Shown one piece after another: positions 1-8,133 of a DNA stretch of 20,379 nt (the stretch's first letter is position 1; each line of letters starts with the position of its first letter). The position numbers were made by a program, and so were the translations under genes. The DNA comes from a bacterium (GTDB lineage Bacteria; Zhuqueibacterota; Zhuqueibacteria; Oceanimicrobiales; Oceanimicrobiaceae): the NCBI GenBank assembly GCA_037446635.1, contig JBBIIG010000067.1, positions 1 to 20,379 on the forward strand, given 5' to 3'. Below the pieces are notes generated by a model that was given only the letters and a program-made list of their open reading frames with translations, was not told where the DNA came from and did not search any database.

Positions 1-827
1 TGTTAGAATTCTTGCTCGGCCCGTTTATCGCATGTTTGATTTTGACCGGCATCCACGCCTACTTGGGCATTCACGTCATCGAGCGCAAAGTGATTTTCGT
101 CGATCTCTCGCTGGCGCAGATTGCCGCGCTGGGCACGGCGCTGGGGTTCATTTTTGGATTTGAATACGGCGGGACGGATTCCTATTTCGTAAGTCTCGCT
201 TTCACGTTTTTAGGCGCCACCATTTTTGCGTTGACGCGCATGCGCAACGAGCGCGTGCCGCAGGAGGCCATCATCGGCATTGTTTACGCGGTGTCCGCGG
301 CGGCGTTTGTTTTGATCATGGACCGCGCCCCCGAAGGCGCCGAGCAGATCAAAGGCATGCTGGTGGGAAACATTCTCTTTGTTACCTGGCCAACTATCGT
401 CAAAACCGGGGTTCTGTATAGTCTAATTGGTCTCTTCCATTTCGTGCTGCGCGATAAATTCATCACCATCTCTTTGCATCCGGAGGTGGCGTATGAACAG
501 GGTCTGTGGGTTCGACTCTGGGATTTTTTGTTCTATGCTTCCTTTGGATTTGTGGTCACCAGCTCGGTGCTCATCGCTGGCGTGCTGCTGGTGTTTTCGT
601 ACTTGGTGGTGCCGTCGGTTTGCGCGGTGCTGTTCTCCGACAACTTTCGCACGCGGCTGCTCATCGGCTGGGGCCTCGGCTTTCTCGCCAGTTTGTTGGG
701 CATTATTGCCTCAGTCACGTTTGATGCGCCCACCGGCGCCGCCATCGTTTGCACGTTTGGTGTGATTTTGCTTGTTTCGTGGATTGTGCATCATTACGTT
801 TCGGATGTCCGGAATGCAAAACTTTAG
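1..827 (+). CDS. Metal (Zn/Mn/Fe) ABC transporter permease, ZnuB/MntB-like; probably missing the first base of its ATG
   Basis: Highly hydrophobic multi-TM protein with ABC-3 permease-like segments (VIFVDLSLAQIAALG, EAIIGIVYA, LVGNILFV, GVLLVFSYLVVP, DAPTGAAIV). The frame is open upstream of the TTG at 12 (..TG TTA GAA TTC TTG), consistent with an ATG starting one base before the window (MLEFLLGPF). Confidence 0.88.
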   Translation, partial: LEFLLGPFIACLILTGIHAYLGIHVIERKVIFVDLSLAQIAALGTALGFIFGFEYGGTDSYFVSLAFTFLGATIFALTRMRNERVPQEAIIGIVYAVSAAAFVLIMDRAPEGAEQIKGMLVGNILFVTWPTIVKTGVLYSLIGLFHFVLRDKFITISLHPEVAYEQGLWVRLWDFLFYASFGFVVTSSVLIAGVLLVFSYLVVPSVCAVLFSDNFRTRLLIGWGLGFLASLLGIIASVTFDAPTGAAIVCTFGVILLVSWIVHHYVSDVRNAKL

Positions 828-871
828 TTTTGTTGTTTCGCAGGTTGGCGCAAAGCTGAAGTTTTGACTCC
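811..871. repeat. REP-like inverted doublet of short palindromes
   Basis: caaaactttagttttg (817-832) and caaagctgaagttttg (851-866) are each self-palindromic and are reverse complements of each other apart from two G.T positions. Outer flanks ggaatg and actcc are partly complementary. Confidence 0.55.
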
Positions 872-895
872 TGAAATGTAAGAGGAGGAAAATTT

Positions 896-2233
896 ATGAA
901 ACGCCATTTTCAAATTTCACTTCTATTCATCTCGCTCTACTTCCTTTCCTTTCACCCGCAAGCAGCTTTTTCCCAAAAGCTTTTTGATCGCGCCAGCAAT
1001 CCGTGGCCAAAAATCCGCAAAGAGCGCATTCAAAAACTTTTGCCGCAGGCGATGCAGCGCGCCGGCGCCGATGCCTGGATGGTGATTTGCCGGGAAAATG
1101 ACAACGACCCGCTGGCCATGCACGTCGGCGGAGAAAACGCCGGCGGCACCGCTGCTTTTCTATTTTTCCGAGAGGGTGAATCCGTGACGTCGGTGGCGAT
1201 TTCTCCGATCGGCGAAGCCACGGCGCTCAAAGATGTCGGCCTGCATGATGAAGTGATCGTGATCGAACGCGGCGGAAATGTTTGGGCTGCAGTAGCGGAA
1301 CAAGTTCGAAAACGCGCTCCGAAAGTGATCGCCGTCAATTCCTCCGAGCGCGCGGCCGCCGACGGTCTCTCCTTCACTCAACGCAAACATTTGGAAGACG
1401 CGCTGGGTGCGGAGTTGACGCCGCGTCTCGTTTCCTCTGAGGAGTTGGTCATCGAGTGGCTGTCGGTGAAGCTTCCCGAAGAAGTGGAGATCATGCGCCG
1501 CGCCGCCGAAGTGACGGCGCTGTGGGAGATTGAAGCGTACAAAACTGTGGTGCCGGGCCGAACCCGCGACTCCGACGTGGCGCGTTTTCTCAAAAACAAA
1601 ATGGCCGAAGCCGGCGTGGAAGACGCCTGGGCGCCGGATCAAAATCCCAACGTCAATTCCGGAATGGATCGCGGCCATTCCCATGCCACCGATAAAATCA
1701 TCCAGCCGGGCGATTTCATCCAAACGGATTTTGGCATTAAAGTCTATGGCATCTGGTGCACGGACATCCAGCGTTTTGCTTACGTGCTGAAACCCGGCGA
1801 AACCGCGCCGCCAGCCGACGCCCTCGAAAAATGGGAGAACGCTCGCCGCGGCAGCCGCATCGCGCTCGCAGCAATGAAGCCCGGCGTGCGCGGCTACGAC
1901 GTGGACAAGGCGCAACGCGATTGGATGCAGCAAGCCGGCTCGCTGCCGGTAATGTGGAGCACCGGTCATCCGGTGGGATACTGGGCGCATGATATGGGGC
2001 CGAGCCTCGGCGGCGCACAAAGCGGCCGCGCGCCCTCCGGCGCCGCTCTGCGTTTGCTGCAGCCAGGCCAGACGTTCGCGTTTGACGGCTTCTTCTCTTG
2101 GGAATTAGATGGTTCCGAAGCGAGGGCCACAAAAACCATTTCGGTGGAAGAGATGGCGGTGGTGACGGAAACCGGCGCGGAATATTTGATCCCGCCGCAG
2201 GAGGAGTTGATTCTGATTCCCTCGATAAAATAA
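896..2233 (+). CDS. Secreted M24-family (Xaa-Pro aminopeptidase-like) metallopeptidase
   Basis: SD GAGGAGG upstream and an N-terminal signal peptide. VKLPEEVEIMRRA linker. Pita-bread fold motifs GHSH, TDFG..WCTDIQR, TGHPVG..AHD and SVEEM. Confidence 0.88.
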   Translation: MKRHFQISLLFISLYFLSFHPQAAFSQKLFDRASNPWPKIRKERIQKLLPQAMQRAGADAWMVICRENDNDPLAMHVGGENAGGTAAFLFFREGESVTSVAISPIGEATALKDVGLHDEVIVIERGGNVWAAVAEQVRKRAPKVIAVNSSERAAADGLSFTQRKHLEDALGAELTPRLVSSEELVIEWLSVKLPEEVEIMRRAAEVTALWEIEAYKTVVPGRTRDSDVARFLKNKMAEAGVEDAWAPDQNPNVNSGMDRGHSHATDKIIQPGDFIQTDFGIKVYGIWCTDIQRFAYVLKPGETAPPADALEKWENARRGSRIALAAMKPGVRGYDVDKAQRDWMQQAGSLPVMWSTGHPVGYWAHDMGPSLGGAQSGRAPSGAALRLLQPGQTFAFDGFFSWELDGSEARATKTISVEEMAVVTETGAEYLIPPQEELILIPSIK

Positions 2234-2257
2234 AAAGGCGTCTTTTTGAGACGCCTT
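2232..2257. terminator. Intrinsic terminator between the convergent M24 gene and tRNA
   Basis: 9-bp perfect stem aaggcgtct (2235-2243) / agacgcctt (2249-2257) with a 5-nt loop. The A-tract on the left gives a U-tail on the - strand. A second AT-rich inverted repeat, aattaagtt/aacttaatt, lies at 2259-2283. Confidence 0.75.
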
Positions 2258-2286
2258 GAATTAAGTTTTTTAGTAACTTAATTTAG

Positions 2287-2360
<74 letters not shown>

Positions 2361-2372
2361 ATGACGGTTACA

Positions 2373-2400
2373 AATATAGCAAAATATCCGCGAAAGTCAA
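2373..2400 (-). promoter_or_regulatory. Sigma70-type promoter of tRNA-fMet
   Basis: TTGACT (2400-2395), a 16-nt spacer ending in TGc (extended -10), then TATATT (2378-2373), 12 nt upstream of the mature tRNA 5' end. Confidence 0.7.
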
Positions 2401-2446
2401 GGTTTTTCCTGTCGCCCTAAATCATAAAATCAAATTGCTATTGGCT

Positions 2447-2473
2447 TCAAGTATTATTTTTTGTTGTCGATAA
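2447..2473 (+). promoter_or_regulatory. Candidate sigma28 (FliA/SigD)-type promoter upstream of the response regulator
   Basis: TCAAGTAT-N11-GTCGATAA compared with the consensus TAAAGTTT-N11-GCCGATAA: 6/8 and 7/8 matches with exact spacing. Confidence 0.5.
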
Positions 2474-2525
2474 TCAGATCAACTTAAAGACCACGTACTT
2501 TTTTTTATCTCAAGTGGGGCAGATT

Positions 2526-2993
2526 ATGGCGAACATACTGGTTGTGGACGACGAAGAAGACATCGTTCAGCTCATGTCCGAAACCTTGAGTCTTTGGGGG
2601 CACCAGGCTGTCACCGCAAAGGATGGCGAAGAGGCGATGGCTAAATTTCAGGAAACGCCCGTGGATCTGGTCATCAGCGATATTCGTTTGCCGAAACTGA
2701 ACGGCGTACGATTGTTGGAGCAGTTGCGGGAGGTGGACAAAAATATTGAAGTAATTCTCGTCACTGGTTTTCCTGAGGTAAGCTCCGCCATCGATGCCAT
2801 GAAAAACGGCGCCTATGATTACCTCATTAAGCCAGTGGATCTGAATGAGCTGCGTTTGAAAATCGAGCGAGCGCTGGAGAAAAAGGAAATCGGCAAGTCC
2901 ATCACCACTCTGCGCGGCGTCAACTGGGCGATGATCATTTCAATTCCAATTTGGCTGGCGCTGGGTATTTGGATCTCCTACTTAATCAATTAA
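2526..2993 (+). CDS. Receiver-domain response regulator with a C-terminal transmembrane helix and no output domain
   Basis: ILVVDDE acidic pocket, phosphoacceptor in VISDIRLP, conserved Thr (LVTGF) and Lys (GAYDYLIKP). Ends in the hydrophobic stretch WAMIISIPIWLALGIWISYLI. ATG at 2526 is preferred to GTG at 2514. Confidence 0.9.
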   Translation: MANILVVDDEEDIVQLMSETLSLWGHQAVTAKDGEEAMAKFQETPVDLVISDIRLPKLNGVRLLEQLREVDKNIEVILVTGFPEVSSAIDAMKNGAYDYLIKPVDLNELRLKIERALEKKEIGKSITTLRGVNWAMIISIPIWLALGIWISYLIN

Positions 2994-3641
2994 TCGCTCA
3001 AAATTTCTGCGCCGCCGTTTGAGGCCAAATAAATTGATCAAGGCCAAACCGGCAACAAACCCACCCACGTGCGCCCAAAATGCGATCCCGCCGCCTTCCG
3101 TCGGCATCGATGTGAGCCCCCAAAAAAGTTGGATGAAGAACCAGAAGCCCAGCACGAACAGCGCCGGTATTTTTTGAACGATGAGAAAAAAATAGGGAAT
3201 CAAAACCAGAATGCGCGCCCGGGGGTATTTCACCAAATACGCGCCGAGCACGCCAGAGATGGCGCCGCTTGCCCCTACCATCGGCGTTTCGGAAACGCCC
3301 GCCAAAAAAATGTGCGCGAACGCAGCGCACAGGCCGCAAATCACATAGAAAAAAATATAGCGAACGTGGCCGAGATAATTTTCGATGTTATCCCCAAAAA
3401 TCCACAAATAGAGCATGTTTCCCAACAAGTGCATAAACCCGCCGTGCAGGAACATCGAGGTCACCAGCGTCGCGAGGTTTTCGCCCTGGATGATGTTCAC
3501 CGAATTCAACGCATAGCGTTCGAACATGTAGTTGAAGCCGAGGGTGATTTCGTAATAAAACACCACGATGTTGCTGGCGATCAGCGCGATGTTCACGAAG
3601 GGCCGGCGGGAGCGGGGGTTATCGTCTTTGAGTGGAATCAT
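2982..3641 (-). CDS. Rhomboid-family intramembrane serine protease
   Basis: MIPLKDDNP N-terminus, SMFLHGGFMHLLGNMLYLWIFGDNIE, catalytic GASG and AHVGGF. Confidence 0.95.
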   Translation of the reverse strand: MIPLKDDNPRSRRPFVNIALIASNIVVFYYEITLGFNYMFERYALNSVNIIQGENLATLVTSMFLHGGFMHLLGNMLYLWIFGDNIENYLGHVRYIFFYVICGLCAAFAHIFLAGVSETPMVGASGAISGVLGAYLVKYPRARILVLIPYFFLIVQKIPALFVLGFWFFIQLFWGLTSMPTEGGGIAFWAHVGGFVAGLALINLFGLKRRRRNFERLID

Positions 3642-3647
3642 GCGTTT

Positions 3648-6071
3648 TTAATCGATCCAAAATAGCGCGGTTTGGGAGGCGGAATTTTTCGCGCGGTCCT
3701 GCGCCCAAACGGTGATTTCATGGCGTCCTTTCGGCAGCGGTTGTTTGATTTGATAAAAAATGCGGTGCCGTTCCGGATCGTATTCGGCGATCAGCTTCAC
3801 GCCGTTCAAGCGCAGCTCGATGTCGTTCTCGCTGCGAAAGCCCGATTTGCGATCCTGCACGTTGGCGGAAATTTGCGGCAGGGGGTTGGTGAGACGCGCG
3901 TGGTAGCCCGGACGAATGGCGGTAATTTCCGGCGGCTCCGCGTCTGCTATCAACGCAAATTTTTCGAAGCTCAACACGCGCGCCCAGATGCTGCCGTGGC
4001 TGACATCGTGGTTGTTGTCGATAAAAACCCAGCGCCCGCTGTTGGATTGGTAATACACCCCTAATTTTTCGGGAGGATATTCTCCCGCCGGATATCGCAG
4101 GTGAACCATGGCGCCCTCCTTCAATAGCGCATCCATCGGCTCCACGTGATAGATTCTGCCAATCACCTCGGGCTCGCGCGCTGAGTTGAGGCTGTCGATT
4201 TCGATGCGAGCGTAAATCGGATCGTACAGCGAGCCGCTCCAGAAACTCACCCAACAATTTTGATCGTCAGACACGAGACGCGCACTGGCCGGCGGATCGA
4301 TTTTCGTCGCAAAAAATTGAAACCAGTTCGCTTTCTCGTTATCTTCAAAAGTTTTTGTCGCGATCTTCAGGAGATGAAAATCGCCGGCGAGTTTCGCGAA
4401 GGGGATGCGGCCAACATAATTGCGCAAATCGCTTTGATGCAAATCGATCACTAAAGAATCGCGGCGGCCCGGATAGAGGATCGCCTTCGGAATATCGCCC
4501 AACAAATTTTTGGAAGTGATTTCCAGCCGCAGGTAGTCGTCGTAATAATCGTACTCCAGATTTAGTTGCGGCGCCGGCGCGCGCTCGTAACGGCGCGTTG
4601 GAAAATAAAAAAACGGGTGCGAGCGAATATTGAATTGATCGTAGCCAACAAATTTAAGAATCGCCGCCGAAGGCAAGGGCTGCGGCTGCACCAGCGGACT
4701 CATTGGCGCGGTCGATTCCATCTCTTCGCCTTCGCCGCCTATTTCTTGAAGATAACTTGAACCTGCCACAGCGCGGCTCAGCAGTTGCCAGCGGTTGCTG
4801 GTCTGTGACCGGACCGCCTGCGCCGGCAAGTTATTGAGTACAAATTGCTCCAGGCGCTCGATGCGCCGCAAATCGAACGTTAGCACGTCTTGCAGCACGC
4901 TTTGGCCAGTTTCATCTTCGGCGATCACCGGTTGAATTTTATAGGCCGCGCCCACATCAAACTTTCCGGAGACCACGCTGGTGTTGCCAACAAAATCCGC
5001 CACCTCGATGCGAAAGTCATGGGCGCCGGGAAACAGCCCACCTTCGTAGCCGGACTCAGTTGGTTTTGTTGCAGCGATTTTTGAACGCAGCCGCGGCGTG
5101 GCCGTGAGCGATTCGGTTTTCAAAATTCCCGCGCCCGCGCGATTCGGTTGATAGCCGGCGCGGGTGTTGCGCGGGTCTTTGTACAGCTTATAAAAACTCC
5201 CCTGTTTGCGGCGCGCCAAACGATAGTCGCGCTCGAGATCGATCATCGGGTTATCGTTGAACGACAGCTCATCGAACTGGTAGCTGAAGCGCAGGGCGCC
5301 ATCGACAAACAGCTTCAAGCTGTAAACTCCGAAAAGATTGGCCGAGTTGGAATCTTTATCGTACGCCGAAACCGCCAAACCCACGGCGCCCCAGATCGAC
5401 ACGCGCTCGTTTAATTCATATTCGCCGGGGCGCAGCCACTGCGGCGTGAGAATAAGGGGACGAAAATCGCCATTCACTTCGGAATGGGCGTCCAGCGGAC
5501 TGAAACTTATTTTAGTGATGACCGGGCTGATGCGATCGCTCAGCTCATATTTCTTTATCAGCGGGTTGACGGTGCGGTTGCCGGCGTCGCGAATTTCGAA
5601 ATGCAGATGCGGCGCGCCGATGCCGGTTTGTCCGGTAAACGCGACAATCTCGCCGGCGCGCACCGGTATCTCGCCGGGCTGCAAATAGATATCCACGCGA
5701 TAGCGGCCGCGGCGCTGCTGCTCCGCTTCCACCAGCGCTTCAATTTTGTCCGCAAACCCGGATAGATGAGCATAGACCGCAGTTTCGCCAGTGTCAAGTT
5801 TCAGGTAAAGTGCTTTACCGTAGCCAAACGGCGAGACATTGATGCGCCACACGTAGCCGTCGCGGACGGCAAATACATTGTAGCCAACGCGGCCCCAGGT
5901 TTTGACGTCGATACCGGTGTGATAGCGCCGCGCGCGCGATTCGCCGAACACCGACGTCAAAAAACGGCTGGCGTCGGTGGGCCACAGATAGCCGGCTTGG
6001 GGCAACGCGATTTCCTGCGCCGCGGCCGCGGCCGCCCAAATCAACAAACTAATTTGTGTGACTCGAAACAT
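3648..6071 (-). CDS. Large secreted M23-family metallopeptidase with uncharacterised C-terminal domains
   Basis: Signal peptide, HTGID (HxxxD), VYAHL and PHLHFEIRD (HxH) zinc motifs, followed by about 600 aa of probably beta-rich sequence. Confidence 0.9.
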   Translation of the reverse strand: MFRVTQISLLIWAAAAAAQEIALPQAGYLWPTDASRFLTSVFGESRARRYHTGIDVKTWGRVGYNVFAVRDGYVWRINVSPFGYGKALYLKLDTGETAVYAHLSGFADKIEALVEAEQQRRGRYRVDIYLQPGEIPVRAGEIVAFTGQTGIGAPHLHFEIRDAGNRTVNPLIKKYELSDRISPVITKISFSPLDAHSEVNGDFRPLILTPQWLRPGEYELNERVSIWGAVGLAVSAYDKDSNSANLFGVYSLKLFVDGALRFSYQFDELSFNDNPMIDLERDYRLARRKQGSFYKLYKDPRNTRAGYQPNRAGAGILKTESLTATPRLRSKIAATKPTESGYEGGLFPGAHDFRIEVADFVGNTSVVSGKFDVGAAYKIQPVIAEDETGQSVLQDVLTFDLRRIERLEQFVLNNLPAQAVRSQTSNRWQLLSRAVAGSSYLQEIGGEGEEMESTAPMSPLVQPQPLPSAAILKFVGYDQFNIRSHPFFYFPTRRYERAPAPQLNLEYDYYDDYLRLEITSKNLLGDIPKAILYPGRRDSLVIDLHQSDLRNYVGRIPFAKLAGDFHLLKIATKTFEDNEKANWFQFFATKIDPPASARLVSDDQNCWVSFWSGSLYDPIYARIEIDSLNSAREPEVIGRIYHVEPMDALLKEGAMVHLRYPAGEYPPEKLGVYYQSNSGRWVFIDNNHDVSHGSIWARVLSFEKFALIADAEPPEITAIRPGYHARLTNPLPQISANVQDRKSGFRSENDIELRLNGVKLIAEYDPERHRIFYQIKQPLPKGRHEITVWAQDRAKNSASQTALFWID

Positions 6072-6825
6072 TATCCTCCCCGGTTATTTTTTTCAACACC
6101 TCCGGACGATCACTGATGATGGCGTTGACGCCCATCGCCAAAAATCGCCGCATCAGTTCCGGGTCATTAACGGTCCACACCGCAGAGTAAACGCCCAGCC
6201 GCTTAATTTTGTCCAGCAATTTTTGAGTGACTAAACTTTTTTCGAAATGAATGGCCTTCGCGCCTGCCAGCCGGCTCAGTGGAATTTCGGATTTCCGAAC
6301 CGTGAAGTTTTTGTCTAACAAATAGCCGGTCATAATTTGATCGTCCAACTTGCGAATTCGCCGCAGCACGATGGGATTGAACGACGAGATGATGGTTTGA
6401 TATTCCAGGCCGTAGCTTCGCAAAATTTCCACAACTTTGTTTTCGATATGATCTTTGGGCAGGCCTTTGGTTTTGATTTCAACGTTCAGCAGCAAACGCC
6501 CCCGCACCGTTTCCACCAACTCTTCGAGGGTCGGGATGCGCTCATCGAGCTCGGGGTTATCGCTGCGAAGGCGCAGGCGTTTCAATTCCGCCAGGGTTTT
6601 GTTTTTGACGAAACCGCGGCCGTCGGTCATGCGCGCCAGGGTGGGATCATGGAACACCACCACCTCGCCGCTTTTGCAGGTGCGCACGTCAAACTCGATG
6701 CCATCGACTCCCAATTCCATCGCCGCTTTAAACGCCGCCAGGCTGTTCTCCGGTGCGGCGCGAGTGAAGCCGCGGTGGGCAAAATTCAACGTTCGGTTGG
6801 GGAGGAATGGGCCATCGTTTTTCAT
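6049..6825 (-). CDS. Glycerophosphodiester phosphodiesterase (GDPD family), cytoplasmic type
   Basis: FAHRG..PENSLAAF, GIEFDV, VVFHDPTLAR, IPTLEE, LNVEIK, WTVND and IISDRP motifs. No signal peptide. Confidence 0.95.
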   Translation of the reverse strand: MKNDGPFLPNRTLNFAHRGFTRAAPENSLAAFKAAMELGVDGIEFDVRTCKSGEVVVFHDPTLARMTDGRGFVKNKTLAELKRLRLRSDNPELDERIPTLEELVETVRGRLLLNVEIKTKGLPKDHIENKVVEILRSYGLEYQTIISSFNPIVLRRIRKLDDQIMTGYLLDKNFTVRKSEIPLSRLAGAKAIHFEKSLVTQKLLDKIKRLGVYSAVWTVNDPELMRRFLAMGVNAIISDRPEVLKKITGEDNVSSHTN

Positions 6826-6858
6826 GATAATCCAAACTTAAAATTTCTCAAGTAAGAT

Positions 6859-8133
6859 TCAACTTAATTCATCTAAAATCTGCGCCAGCCGTTGCGCGAG
6901 AGTTTTTCTTTCAAATTGCTGCAAGCCGCGGGTTGATTTTGTCTGCAGCAATCCTCGCTGCTGAAGATCAAAATATTTTGAGATGACCTGCGCAATCGCC
7001 GCGGCGTCGTGGTGGGCGCAGCGCTCCAGCGTGCCGTGCCGCTGCAAAATCGCAACGCCTTCCACGGCCGGCCCGAGCGCCAGCACCGGCGCGCCGGCGG
7101 CAAGATACTCGAAGGTTTTGCCGGGAATGAAATCGGCGCTGGCCCAGTCGGCAATAGGATAAAGCAGCAGATGCGCCCGCCGCAATTCTCGCAACGCCTC
7201 GAGGTGCGAAAGGTAGCCAACGCATTCGACCACCTCCATTAAATTTAATTCTCGGAGGCGCGCTTCCAAATTTTCCAGCAAAATCTGGCCAATCAACTTG
7301 ACTGATATTTTCTCCCGGGCTGCGGGATGGCTTTGTAAAAATCGGGACAATCCAAACCAAAACCCCTCCAAAGGGGCGATGGCGCTTACCGCGCCGCAAT
7401 AGGCGATGGTGAATTTTTTGTTGAAGTTCTCGGCCGGCGTCGGGAAATCTTCGGCGTCGAAGCCGTTGGTGATGGTGTAAAATTTTTCCGCCGCCTGGCC
7501 GTTTTTTTTACGCAGCGATTCCGTGAGCCGCTCGGAAACCGCGATGACCGCGTCCGCAGATTTCAAAACGTATTTTTCCAAAACGCCATTAAGCCAGCGA
7601 TGAATTGGCGTGGGTTCGTTTTGAAAATTGCCGCCGCTCCAGCCGTCGCGAAAATCGGCCGCCAGCGGCCGGCCGCTAATTTTTTTGAGGAAGATTCCCG
7701 CCAGATGCACGGAATGCGGCGGCGAGGTGGTGAGCACGCAATCGATTTTTTGCTGGCGAATCAAACTCAGCGCTTTCAAGATCGCGAACGGCAGCCACAG
7801 CAGCTTGGAGTCGGGGATGAAACACCACGCGGCCAGGGCGTTGAGCGCGCGCAGAAAGCGGCCGGGCGATTTTGGCGCGCGCGCGGGTTGCCGTTTCGGA
7901 AAAAAAATCGCCAGCAGCCGCTGCGGGTCGAGGGAGCCGGCGCGGTGCAGCGGTGCGCCAGCGATCTCCTTCAACAGTTCGGAATCGTGGGCGTGATACG
8001 CGACATCTTTCACGGTAACCACGATCGGCTGCCATCCGAATTGCGGCAAGTATTTCACAAATTTGGCGGGACGCTGAGCGCCGCCCATTCCCAGCGGCGG
8101 AAAATAGTAAGCTAAAATTAGAACCTTTTTCAA
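6859..8133 (-). CDS. GT4-family (GT-B fold) glycosyltransferase
   Basis: KKVLILAYYFPPLGMGGAQR, TTSPPHSVHL, ADFRDGW, ITNGFD and IPGKTFEYLAAGAPVL. The TTG start overlaps the upstream stop codon. Confidence 0.92.
   Translation of the reverse strand: MKKVLILAYYFPPLGMGGAQRPAKFVKYLPQFGWQPIVVTVKDVAYHAHDSELLKEIAGAPLHRAGSLDPQRLLAIFFPKRQPARAPKSPGRFLRALNALAAWCFIPDSKLLWLPFAILKALSLIRQQKIDCVLTTSPPHSVHLAGIFLKKISGRPLAADFRDGWSGGNFQNEPTPIHRWLNGVLEKYVLKSADAVIAVSERLTESLRKKNGQAAEKFYTITNGFDAEDFPTPAENFNKKFTIAYCGAVSAIAPLEGFWFGLSRFLQSHPAAREKISVKLIGQILLENLEARLRELNLMEVVECVGYLSHLEALRELRRAHLLLYPIADWASADFIPGKTFEYLAAGAPVLALGPAVEGVAILQRHGTLERCAHHDAAAIAQVISKYFDLQQRGLLQTKSTRGLQQFERKTLAQRLAQILDELS

Noticed and set aside
1160..2020. 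286-aa antisense ORF, and the many other 60-230-aa overlapping ORFs in the track
   Set aside because: They lie opposite or inside well-supported genes, are Arg/Ala/Gly-rich with no recognisable motifs, and are expected shadows of GC-rich coding DNA.
2371..2378. Bacteroidota-type TAnnTTTG promoter element as a taxonomic marker
   Set aside because: TATATTTG is present at the tRNA, but it comes with a canonical TTGACT -35. The other promoters lack the TTTG ending and SD sites are used, so a standard sigma70 reading is sufficient.
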